64,000 nucleotides of DNA from the NCBI GenBank assembly GCA_964016885.1, contig OZ024742.1:244590001-244654000 (forward strand), given 5' to 3'. A program made the translations under genes and the position numbers. Of the stretch, positions 23,291-35,977 are shown piece by piece. The notes under the pieces were generated by a model. It had not been told where the DNA came from and made no database searches. It worked only from the letters and a program-made list of their open reading frames with translations. Positions within the stretch are counted from its first letter, which is position 1. Every line of letters begins with the position of its first letter. Origin of the DNA: Eledone cirrhosa. Taxonomy: Eukaryota.

Positions 23291-26200
23291 TTATTTTGTT
23301 CCTACTTTAATAGTAAAAAAAAAGAGTTGAACAATTTTAATTCCTTAAACACTCCTAGTAGATAACAAAATTGTTAGTGAATATCATTAGGATCAGCCTG
23401 CTACATATCTGTCCATCCTATACAGATTTGAGACAATGCCAAATTTTATCAAATTGCTCTGTATAGATTATGCATACAAGCAACAGCTTATGATGACGAT
23501 GATGATGATGGCAGTGGTGGTTAGTAGTAGTAGCAATGAATAATGGTGGTGGGGAATTTTAGTAAATATATTTAGCAGTACCATAATTGGCACCTCAACC
23601 ACTCCATCACTATTATCATCGTCATCAACATCATGTGATTTTCATTTTGAAAATAGCTAGGGTAGAGGGGAAATTTTGTAGTTATTTTAAGCAGTTTAAG
23701 CTACTAGATAAAAAGCTCTTCCACTGTTGTAGATCTCTCTGATGAAGTAAAATTGACCAGAATTATTTACATATGGTATGGTCACGTAACTCATGGTGGA
23801 GTTGTATGGGCGCTGTAGTAGCATACAGTATTTTTAGGGCATTTTTACCCTTTAGCATTTACATTACTGTATATTTACTATTGTATTTTCGGGGTAAAGG
23901 TTTTATCTCACATAATATCTCAAATAATATCGTATCTACAAGATTTTGATATTATTTATTTTGAGAACAATACCTTAACATCAGTATGAGCAGCCAGTTA
24001 CAGCTGGTTTGAACAGAAATATGAGATAATTCTGGCCGGATACAGCCAGTTTAAATACTAAAGCCTGGCAGAGCCCAACCCTCTCCAGGTCTGAACACAG
24101 CAGATTTCTTTCAGAGGAGGATAGAAAGTGAGAGAGAGGAAGTGAGAAAGAGATATAGAGGAAGAATTGACCCCAGTACTAGACTGGTACTTTTTTATCA
24201 ACCTTGAAAATCTAAAAGACTAAGTTAACCTTCTTACAAATAAGAATTTTAAAAACAAACCAAGAACATCAATGTGGTCACTTTAGCAGATAGCCCAATC
24301 TTTCTCAAACTCACCCTACCATCTTAAATAAGGAAATAACTAATTAAATAATATAGTCTTACATAACTCTAAAAATACAGAATGGTCATGGGTGTATTGA
24401 CTGTCGTCATATGTTTCTGAAATGGGTTGACCTAGAGCCAAACAAGAACTGTCTTTAACTAGAAAACATACACTGGTACTACTCCCTAGCTAAAAATATT
24501 CTTTTACACAATATACCATATAGCCAGGGACAGATTAAGCATCCATATAGAGCAGCAAAAGGAGGGAGCACCATAGAGGTTTTCTGGGATTTGTTTTTAC
24601 AGATTTGCAATGGTGTAAATAATAAATTATAGCATCTTTTTTTTTTTAATTAATAAAACGGCGTTTAAAATCTTTTCTCCCCCACCCCTCTCCCCCTCCT
24701 TCGCCTTTGCCCACTTATTCCTAAGAGGGTCATGGAGGCAGAGTCCTCACACACTCCTTCCAGCAGGCCCTGTCAGAAGCAACCATCTGGCTAGATCCCC
24801 AGGCAAGACCAGCCAAGCTCATGAATGTTATCCAACCATCTTATTTGAAGTCTACTCCTGGGTCTCCTGCCGGTTGGTTTTGTCCATAAAATCTGTCCAG
24901 TGATTCTTTCCTGGAACATTCTAACCACATGCCCAAAGTATAGCTGTGATCTCTCAATAAATGATTTTTTTTTATATAATGCTTACTGCTATTTAGTGTT
25001 AAATAAATAAATAAAAACAAGTTATATTTTAAATAGTTCTGACCTGTAAGAAAATTGAATTTTTAATTTATTATTTCACATTCAACACTTGTTATATCTA
25101 AATATATGGTCAATTAGATAATGGGAGAGTCAAGTGGACATCATTTGGGGGATGTGATTAGAGCATCAGGTCCTACAAATAGCATTTGAGTTAATACATT
25201 TTGTATAAGAATATATCATCATCATTTTACGTCCGCTTTTCCCTGCTTGCAAGGGTGGGACAGGAACTGATTCTGGCTTGATTTCTACAGCTGGATGCCC
25301 TTCCTAACACCAACCTCATTTAGAGTGAGTGCTGGGTGATTTTTTTCCATGGTGCCTACACGTCCACTTTACAGTGTGGGCTGGGTGCTTTTTTGCCGTG
25401 GCACCTCCACGACCACTTTGCAGTGGAATGATACGGACCCCAGTACTATCATCTGATTTCTACAGCTGAGTAAACTGGAGCAATGTGAAATAAAGTGTCT
25501 TGCTCAAGGAAACAACACATCACCCGGTCTGAGAATTGAACTCACAACCTTTCGATTGCTAGTCCAATGCTCTAACCACTAAGCCATGTGTCTTCATATA
25601 TATTTAATCTTTCTCTAAAACAATATTAAGACTCAATATTTTAGACTCAGCCGACAGGTCTAATAATGGAATAGTCTTAGTTTTAATCTGGTTAAGCCTC
25701 GTTTAGCTTTGATGCGGTCAACACCATTGTATGGTCTTCAGCTAATGTAAATATCTAGAATTAATCATTTGTGATGTTATTTTAACAAATTCATGCCTGA
25801 CAAAAATTATGTAAAATACCATTTAAATTAATTTAATTCAATATATTTGGTCTAGCCCTAAAATATATTTTAGAAGTATAACATCATGAGAGAGAGAGAG
25901 AGAGAGAGCATGTGTGCTTAACGACTGTAAGGTCTCGTTCTTCCTGCTTAAATCCTCATCCTTCTATAATACTCTTTATTTTCTGTGCCACTAATCCTCT
26001 AAAGTGTTGAAACAGTGGTATGTCAATAAAGTTCTAAGAGTTCACTCATTACAAATTGCCTTTAGTTTAGTTTAGTGGGAGAACTTTATTCTATATGCCA
26101 TTGCCATACATGAAACTTAAGAGTCAGTTCACTTTGTGGTCCCAGTAGACTAACCTTACTCAGTTATCCCTGTCATTCAATAGCTAGAAAGGAGATAGGG

Positions 26201-27777
26201 ACTGAACATCTCTGTCTAAAACAAATGAAATTCAGAGAAGCTGGATTTCCAACACAAACCAGTGTGAATAGTATCAATAATAATGATCATCATCATTATC
26301 GTAGTTCAAATCCCACCAAGGTTAGCTTTGCCTTTCATCCTTACGGGGTTAATAAAATAAAGTACCAGTAATGCACTGGGGTGCATTTAATTGACTTTCC
26401 CCTTGCTCCCAAAGTTGTTGGTCTTGTGCCTAAAGTAGAAACAATTACCATTGTAAAGAGTTGGAAAACCATTTTTGTTTTGTTTTTACACCCCCCCCCC
26501 CCCCCTTATGTTAATTAATTTCTTACTGCAATTGAGGTGATACAATTAGCAATAAGGATTTCTAATTTAGGCACAAGGCTAGCAATTTGTGAAGAAGAGA
26601 AAGTCAATTAAATTTAGGCAGGGGTGGGGTGGGTATAGTCACTAAAACTGACCCCAGTGCTGACTACTACTTTATTTTATCAACAACATAAGGACAAAAG
26701 ACAAAGTTGACCTCAGCTTCAAGTCAAAGTTGAACTCAGAATGCAAAGATCCACCTCATCACCATCATCACTGTTTAATGTCTATTTTCCATGTTTGCAT
26801 AGGTTAGCCGAACTGTCACGTTATGAGGCTAGCCAGGTCAGGTGACCAAATCTTGCACATATGGATCTGTTCTGGGCATGGTTTCTATGGCTGGATGTCC
26901 TCCTTAATGCCACCTACATTACAGCATATACTGGGTGCTTTTTTTGTGGCACTACCACTACTATTTTACAGGGTAGACTGGATTCTTTTTGTTGTGGTAG
27001 CTGTGAATGACCACCTTACAGGGTGGACAAGGTGTTTTTTTGTAGTGGCACAAGCACAACCACCTTATGGGGTTGACTGGGTGTTTTTTGTCTTGGCACT
27101 AGCATTGTGGGAAAGCAGGTGAGGAGCATGTCCAGCTTTCCATGCATAATGCATGGGTTGGACAGGAAAGATGTGTCAGAGGTGTAGAAGAGGAGTGAGT
27201 ACAACTTCATTATTGTTAAACATCTATTTTTCATGCCCATCCTAGGCCAGATAAACTGCCACACTTTGTTACTAGGCCAGACAGTAAACCACACTCAGTT
27301 CATCTCCCCAGCCTGATGTCCTTCTGGACCTTAACGAAATGTTTTATCATGGTACAAGGTAGAACAAGTCTGGCTTTTGATACTGGCATTAATTAGAGGA
27401 GGGCATCCACTTTGTATGTTGGAATGTGTGGGGGAAGGAGAATGTCTGGGAGAAGACAGATATTCTGAATAGAAAACAGATTAATACTGAGATCTCATTG
27501 TTTATCCTGAGTTGAATGAAGTCTTGGCCAGTCTTTTACCTTTCTAGTTCAATTAAACAGCAAGTAATTAATATTGTTATGTAATTTAGTGAAATTGATA
27601 ACAGTGATAATTCTTCATATTCAACTAGCTATCTACTCTGTTATTAATACATAAATATGAACACACGTGTTCCCAGGTGAACATGAGAACCTTCTTTATT
27701 TCAGATACAGTAAGCATACCCCCAACCACACCCCTGCAAATATCCACCCTCCTCCACCATTGACAGCAAATGCCCAA

Positions 27778-30204
27778 AATTCCGAATTAGCACCATCAAC
27801 ATGAGCACAATGAAAGGAAGAACAGGAGAGATTGTAGAGATGCTGGAGCGTAAGATACTTGATGTATGTTGTGTGCAAGAAACTAGATGGAGGGGAGAAT
27901 CAACTAGACTCCTTGTAGGCAAAAACCAGAGCTACAATTTTTTCTGGGTGGAAAATGACAACAGGCTGGGGGGAGTAGGTATTTTATTAGCGGAAAAATG
28001 GGTAGCTAAGGTAACCTCTGTGAATAGAGTGAATGGGAGACTCATTAAACTTAGACTAGTCCCAAATAGAATAATGGCTACAATTATATCTGCATACGCA
28101 CCCCAATCTGGGTTGCCAGACAAACTAAAAGATAGGTTTTACAAATCCCTAAAGCATACTACAACTCTAACAAATGATAGTGACTTCCTACTTATTGCAC
28201 TGGACTTTAAGAGACACGTTGGAAAACAATGTGACGGCTTCTACAGAGTCCATGGAGGCTATAGGTTTGGTGCAAGAAATCAAGAAGGTTTCAGGCTCCT
28301 AGAATTCTGTGATGCTAATGACATATCGATATGTAACACAAGCTTCAAAAAACTTGACAACCACCTGATTACCTTTAGATCTGATGAGCATGCTAGTCAG
28401 AGAGATTTTATCCTTACCAGAGGATGAGATAGTGACCATTGTAGACACAAAAGCCTTCTCTGGCGAGGAATGCACCGCCCAACATAACCTAGTACTCAGC
28501 GACCTCATTGTCAGAGCTTGATGAACTTGGAAACAGAGGGCAACCTGAAGGAGAAAGATATAGAAGTTGAAAGAGCCCTCAGCCAGTAACAAATTTAGAG
28601 ATATTTTGCTTGACGCCTACAACAGTAAGGAAGAACAAATGGCGACATTCAATATAGAAGAGCATTGGGAGTTCCTGAAACAATCTGCTAGAGGTGATAG
28701 ATAAGATCTGTGGATGGAGCAGGCCTACAGAGAGAAGGAGGGTGACTTGGTGGTGGAATAATAAAATGGATGAGACAATTAAGGCCGAGAGACAGGCATG
28801 GAAAAAATGGAAGAATGGGGAAAACAGGGTACATTACATAGAGGCCAGGAGGGCAACTAGGTGACAAGTATACTTTGCAAGGAAGCAGAAGATGAAAAAT
28901 TCAAACATGTTTTGCAGCATGAGGACCAGAAACAATAGGTGTTCAGGATTGCGAGGCAGTGTGTTAGGGAAAATTGTGACGTCATTGGAGAGAAGTGTGT
29001 CCGTGATGATAAAGGTGCACTTACCCTCACAGAGGCTGAATTGAAAGTAGCATGGAAGAGCTATTATGAAAGATTACTGAATGAGGAGAATGCATGGGAG
29101 AAAGAGCGCCTACTCCAAGTGAACCCAACAGAGGGCCCAGCTGTACAAGTTAGCTGCAGTGTAGTAAGTAAGGCAATTAAGGATATTAAGTCTGGGAAAG
29201 CAGCCGGTCCATCGCTGCTAGCTGACAAGATGTTGAAAGCATCTGGGTCGGTGGGTCACACTTAACCATTTGTATTGTAGATGAAGTAATACTAAATGGT
29301 GTATAACAAATGACTGACACAGCAACATCATTGTCAACTGCTACAAGGGTAACGGAGATGCTCTAGATAGAGGAAAATATAGAGGCATCAAGTTGATGGA
29401 CCAGGTCATGAGAGTAACAGAAAGAGTTATAGCCCAGCTGATTAGAGACTGGGTTAACCTAGATGAGATGCAGTTCAGATTTGTGCCCATGTGAAACAGC
29501 TACAGGAGAAGTACCTAGCTAAAAGTAAGCTGCTCTACCTGGCATTTGTTTATCTTGAGAAAGCTTTTGACAGAGTTCCCTGTGTCACTATCTGGTGGGC
29601 TCTTAGTAGAAGAGTGGCTTGTAAAGGCTGTACAAGCCATGTATAGGGAATCAGTCAGCAGAGGTGGGTATTCTGAAAGTACAGTAGCCAGAGTAAGAAT
29701 GGGATGGAGAACATTCAGGGAGCTACTACCATTGCTAGCTACAAAATACTTTTTCCCTCAGGTAGACTGTATAATGCATGTATACGAGCAGCAATGTTGC
29801 ATGGTAGTGAGGTCTGGGTGTTGTGTGCAGAGGATTTATGAAGATTGGAAAGAAATGAAGTGTGCATGCTTCAATGGATGTATAATAGTAATATATGTGA
29901 ATGGCAAAGCATAAATGAACTGAGAGAGAAACTAAACATAAAAGGAATCAGATGCAGTATGCTAGAGAGGAGATTGTGTTGGTATGGTCATGTAATGTGT
30001 ATGAAAGATGACAGCTGTATAAAAAAATGCAGAGCGCTCAAAGTTGATGGAAGCCTTGGTGTGAGGAGACCCAGGAAGACTTGGGACGAGGTGATAATAG
30101 CTGACCTTGCACAATTGCACCTCTCAAAGACAATGACACAGGACTGTGATCTCTGGCATTATGCAGTAATACAGAAGACCCATTTTCCCATGGGCACAGG
30201 CTGA
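27778..30204 (+). mobile_element. RTE LINE pseudo-ORF: APE endonuclease plus internally deleted RT
   Basis: ORF 27801-28427 (DVCCVQETRWRG, IISAYAPQSG, LLEFCDAND) is an APE endonuclease. Downstream are YRGIKLMDQ, AF..LEKAFDRVP and RRLCWYGHV...RPRKTWDE. There are many stops and frameshifts, and the RT core is missing near 29650. Confidence 0.92.
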
Positions 30205-32065
30205 AGCATACATCTGGTATGCACCACCTTCACCTTCATCCCTCTTCCTAACACCCTGCCCCTCACACACACCCATACACCCACCTCCCTAATCCCCACG
30301 CACTCTTCCCACCAAATCCCCCAGTCAACACAAAAAGCACCCTGCTCACACTGTTAGGTGGTCCTGTAGATGCCACAACAAAAAGCACCCAACCCACACT
30401 GCAAAGTGGTCATATAGGTGTCACGACAAAAAGTACCCAGTCCACACTGTAAAGTGGTCATGTAGGTGTAATGATAAAAAGCACCCTATACTCACTGTAA
30501 ATGAGGTTGGCGCTAGGAAAATCATCCAGCCATAGAAACCAAGTCAAAATCAGTTCAGTATGAGCAAGACATAATCATCTGACCTCAACTTGCCTCAAAT
30601 AGGACAACCCATCTAACCCATGCTAGCAGAGAAAATCGACATTAAACGGTGATGATGATGATGATGGTGATGATATAGGGTGATGGATTGGCAGAATCAT
30701 TAAAGCATCAGATAAAATGTCTTGTGGCATTTAGTTACAGCCCTTTAAATTCTGAGTTCAAATCCTGCTAAGGCCACCTTTGCTTTTCATCTTTCCAGGA
30801 TTGATAAAATAAAGTACCAGTCACATACTGGGGTCAATGCTATCTACTATCCCTACCAAAAGATGCTGGCTTTGTGACTGAATTAGAAATCATTAATACA
30901 TATTCATTCATAGATCAAGACTATTTTATGTTAAGAATATAGCATTTAGATCAACTCTCTTAACTGTCTTCCATAAATTATCCCAAGTCCACCCTCAATG
31001 ACCTTTGAGTGAAAGACATTCATATTCTATATAACTTATAACAGTTTACCGTGTTGACAAATCTCTTCTACACAAATCAATCAGAGTGCTTTCCTCTTAT
31101 CTGTCTGAATTCTCATTTGAACCATTTTTACTACACTGTCATGAACAATTGATTTTTTTTCTTCTTCTTCTTTTTCTATTCTCCTCAGTAACAGTGAATA
31201 ATTGAAAGCAGTGAGTTGCAAGATGACAAGGGGAGAAAATGAATACCTGAACTGAATGCTGTATTCACAACCACATTAATTCCTCTTTCTATGATCATAT
31301 GAAATTTGCTATTTATTTTGTTATGCGTGTCTTCTAGCAGTTTCATTTCCAATAATTATTTCATTTTGTCCACCAGCTGTCATCTATGATTTTCATACTG
31401 TATGCGATATACACATATACAAAGTGCCTAGCTAAAAGTAATGGCATGCTAATAAAGCCAATGTGTGAACAATAACTGTCTTTTGTGAATTACAATAATT
31501 TAATCTCTTGTTTAGCAAAAGATAGCCTCACTTAACAGACCTGCCTATCATTTCATTATTTCTTGATGTGAGTTGGGGGGGGGGGGGGGTCAGTTTTCAT
31601 TCATTAGGTTGTGTCTATGTTGAGCCACCGCCTTCAGAGTTTAGTCAATCATATTGATACCATGATACTAGTTTGTTTGGTTTTTTTTTATTTGGTACTT
31701 ATTTATCAATCTCTTTTTATCGAACTGCTATGTTACAAGACTTAACAAAATAGTAAACATAAATACACACACACATATATATGGCTGTATAAATTTTTTT
31801 ACACAAACCCAACCAACAACATACAAGTCTAAATTATCCAAAAACACACTACACAAAATAGTTATCTGGTTAAATAAAATTAAAATCAAAACCACAACAA
31901 AAAAACTCTTCATACCAGGGATGTATTAATAGAGATTTTAGTTCATACAGTATCAGAGGCATGATACAATATATATAACCATACCCAACAACTAAATACA
32001 ACAAACTATGGGAGTCTAATACTGGGACACATGCACAACTCTCTCTACATACCAGACACAACATA

Positions 32066-32480
32066 AAGGGCTGTAACTGCAAGCAACCTGAGAACTGCTT
32101 CATAGGGGGAGCAAGTGCATGTACAACGATATTGTATCTAGATGTCAGATAACATCCACCTGAAGTACATATAACTATATCAGTGCAACAGCCAACCAAT
32201 TCAAAATACGCCTCTATGTGTACAAACATTCATTCAAAAACACAAGTCTGTATAACACAACTGCTCTTGTGAGAAAAATATGGGACTTGAAAAACAATAA
32301 CATGGAATATCAGATACCATGATCGATAATAAGATTATCAAAACCCTGCTTGGGTGAATGCAAGGAATGTGACATAGTGTCAGAGATCATTACTCGTAGC
32401 GATCTACTAAACTATAGGTGAGACTGAATCTTTAACTACCCCCAACAAAATAGATAAAACCTTTTCCACACACAGATTTA
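32066..32480 (+). mobile_element. Penelope-like element GIY-YIG endonuclease pseudogene fragment
   Basis: Manual translation with one frameshift and two TGA: KGCNCKQPENCFIG/KCMYNDIVSRC..YNYISATANQFKIRL...HSFK...TALVRKIWDLK...CKECD..LLNYR. This matches the CxC-C-C plus IVY-YIG pattern of PLE endonucleases. It is not in the ORF track. Confidence 0.8.
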
Positions 32481-33242
32481 GGACAAATGAAGCCCTGTGC
32501 TAGTTAAGTTATAAGGCCACTTACTTAGGCCCTGAAAGAGGTAGGCCTACACAGGCAGTCATCAGGAAGATGCCCACCCCTAGTAGTGTGCAGAGGGGGG
32601 GGGGCATTGGCCCCGGGCGTCCTTTGGGGAAAAGAACTTAATAAATTTGATTGATTTATATTCAAATCGAATAAAGCGTTTATTTCAAGTTTCATCTGTG
32701 TTTATATATTCAAAATGTTTTCCTCATAATATTTCTCAGTATATTAGGCCTTATACTTGAGTCTTTGGGCCAATGGGACCCTGTGCATAAGTACACCTAA
32801 GCACAATGGTAAATTCAGCACTGCGCACACAAGATAATTAAAAACCTCATCAGATAAACCAAAACAATAATCTAGCCAGAGAAATACACACAAATATATG
32901 GTTTCACACACCTCAAACTCTACATATTGAGAATGTTTAATAACTCCTAACACAAAATATATGATAACTATAATCAAAACCCAGCTAACACAATTAACAT
33001 TAACCTACTTATTAATTAACCACAAACCTAAAAACAAAAATAATTTCATCTAACTCGCCAATTACGACTCTAAATACCATAAAAATAAAAATAGAATAAA
33101 GAAAGAAAAGAATGAATAAACAAATCTGGAATCACCATCAACATAGGAAGTCATGAACTCAATACTGAACTCAAAATCACGGACACAAAAATATACACAC
33201 CATCATCATCGCTATTTAGTGTGTCACATGAATAACAATTCT

Positions 33243-33473
33243 AGAATATAGAATTAATATAAAGGATGATGTAATCATGTGCAGATATGATATAAAATAG
33301 CTTATAATAAAATAGGGTGTAAACCCTTTAAAAAGTTGCCATCAGTCGCTATGAGGAATTGAACCTCACAGCGGCCAATGGCAACTTCTTTTCCCGTCTT
33401 TTAAGGGTCTTTACCCTATTTTATAGCATCTCTGCACTTGATCACATCATCTTTTAAATTAATTTTATATTCT
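33243..33473. repeat. Foldback element (~230-bp imperfect palindrome)
   Basis: AGAATATAGAATTAATATAAAGGATGATGTAATCATGTGCAGA pairs with TCTGCACTTGATCACATCATCTTTTAAATTAATTTTATATTCT. Inner hairpin AAGTTGCCAT...ATGGCAACTT. Confidence 0.85.
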
Positions 33474-34145
33474 CAACGCTAAAAACTCCGATTTCTCAGT
33501 TATATAGTGTGTTGAAAAGAAATGCACTATTTATACACACATAAATGTTTGTGTGTGTGTGTGTGTGTGTGTGTGAATAGGGCGTCTCTTTTCACACACC
33601 CTGTACATTGTTTGTCTAACATATATATCTAACTGGGACATTAACACCTTCCAAAGCATCATTGGAAAAATTATCTCTAACATGCTAAAACTTAAATATA
33701 TTACCTATAGAACAATGAAGAAACATTCAACCTATTATTTTGATCTGACTGGACTTGATTCGCAACTAGCTATAAATTCCAAATAAGTATTTAATAATCT
33801 GTCCTTTGAATGTACAAAGGAAACATTGACACCACCTATAAGCTCTAAAAATGGACGAAATTAAGGGCTGGCGGGGTGTGTATATATTCCCCACCATCAC
33901 CCCACTCTCAAGAGCGTGAAATTAATAAACATTTGTTTGTACTGCCTCTCTGTTTTGTTCCCGTTCAATTTTTCATTATATATATATATATATAAATGAA
34001 AATATAAATGAAAATATAGAAATTATTGTGAGCAAGAAGCCAACGTAAGATGTGGGGAAATAATTCAAACTCAATTAAAAAAAAATCAAGACAGAGATTT
34101 TATCCACAGATTTTGTGAAATCGAGGGAAAAACCAATATATATAT

Positions 34146-34558
34146 ATGAGAAACTCATCACTAGAACAGCCATTAAAACAGCTAAATTCTGTCAGAGACA
34201 GCAATAGGCAGAAATACCTAAGAGACCAGCAGTCAACAGAGAGTCAATCCACAAGGAGGGTAACAGAAACCATTTTGCTGGTTTGAGAGCTGAGGAGGGT
34301 GAAGATGTGTGTAAGCTTGTCTTGTACACGGCCTTTATTTATTTATTTATTTCAGTCACCTCTATGCACCAACACACTTCTCCTTGTTCTTCCCCTCTTT
34401 CAATCTTTTCTATATTTCATCTGCCTGTCACCCTTTATCTGGATTGTTTCGCTGTTGACCACTGGCTGCTGGTCTCTGTCCTGAGATATTTTTGCCCATA
34501 GCTGTCTTTGACATCATTTAGCTGTTTTAACGGCTGTTCTAGCAATCAGTTTTCTCAT
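34146..34558. mobile_element. Foldback element with ~120-bp inverted arms in TA-rich flanks
   Basis: ATGAGAAACTCATCACTAGAACAGCCATTAAAACAGCTAAAT pairs with ATTTAGCTGTTTTAACGGCTGTTCTAGCAATCAGTTTTCTCAT. Confidence 0.8.
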
Positions 34559-35768
34559 TTTTATATGTACTCAAATACACACTCGCTTCATCTCTATCAG
34601 AAACATTGTTTTAAACACACACATACATACATGTACATACACATTACATATACATATATACGTAGACACACAACAAACATATATTGTGTTGGTAGAAGGT
34701 TACAAACTTGCAGAGGAGTATAATCGATTAAATCAACACAAATATTTATCTTGAGCTTATTTTATCGATCCCTGTGGGATGAAAGACAAAGCAACCTTGG
34801 ACAGGATCTGATCCCAGAACGTAGAGGAATGAAATACCACCTCATATAACAAATATTATAGTCATAGTGAAATAACTGCTTTGAGATAACCATCAATAAC
34901 GAAGGGTTTTTTTTTTGTTTTGTTTTGTTTTTTTTTGTTTATCTTTAGTGTTTCGTAGGGCATCAACATAAGGCAAAGTGGGTTGAAAATTACATATTTT
35001 CTACTTTGGTTTCAGTTAACTATCTCTTTTTGTCTCTTTTTCTTTCAGCCCCTCTCTTTCTCTATCTCTCGCTCACTCTCTTTGTTTGTTCCTGTCTAGT
35101 TGTCTACCTGTAAAGTTATATAGAACGAAGGTGTAAATATGTAGTTGGAAAAAAAAAGAAGGAAAAACAATAGAAGAAATTATTATGAGAGACTTTACAG
35201 TTAGACGTTAACAATATCAAATATTTAATCCCTTCGCTTAAAAAAATATCTATTACACTGGAAAGTGTCAAGCCTTAAGAAGGCTAATTATACGTTGTTG
35301 GCGGTAGTTGAAGCGCGATAAACGCCTTTGCTAAGTACTCCCGTGTGAAATGAAGCTAAGACAGATGAAAATATATGCTAATCTAATGAGGATCAGAGTG
35401 TGAAGCGTACAATTAGGAAAATAAATACTTATGTTGGCCTTCACACAAGATGGTGTTGACATGCCGGCAACTGTAAGTAATGAGAGACAGACCATAACAA
35501 AAAGGTTAATAGAGCTTCTTCGTACTTACTATGTTAACATGTACTGAACAAACCAGATTCTCAATTACGGAACCAATTTCATGGGTTTTTATCACTGATC
35601 AATGTTGATCCTAGCAATGATACGCTTCAGCATGCTCGCTTTGTTGTTTCCTTTAAACAAAATACTTTTTATTGTTGTATTTCGTCGCGTACTAGGGTCG
35701 ATGTAATCGACTTTTCCCTCCCACCAAATTGTTTTTCTTGTGCCTAAATTAGAGATCAATTACACCTC

Positions 35769-35977
35769 GGGGATCAATTGACAATAGATCTCATATGAAG
35801 AAAATGAAAGTCTCTCTCTCTCTCACACACACACACAAGTCGCCGCAGGGACTCTAACCATAATCCTAACATCAACGATCCGTAACCTTAACCCTAACAT
35901 GTATATACGCAAGAAATCCACTGAATCGGACCAAGTATTTTCATTTTCATCGTTCGAGATCTATTGTCAATGTCACC
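35769..35977. mobile_element. MITE with ~35-bp inverted repeats and internal TAACCC-like motifs
   Basis: TTGACAATAGATCTC...GAAAATGAAA (35778-35809) pairs with TTTCATTTTC...GAGATCTATTGTCAA (35939-35970). The interior carries CTAACCATAATCCTAAC and TAACCTTAACCCTAAC. Confidence 0.7.

Noticed and set aside
32161-32322. In-frame TGA codons as selenocysteine (reported for some Naiad PLEs)
   Set aside because: The TGAs fall at non-Cys positions (probably from CGA and TGG), and the frame also has a frameshift and mutated catalytic motifs.
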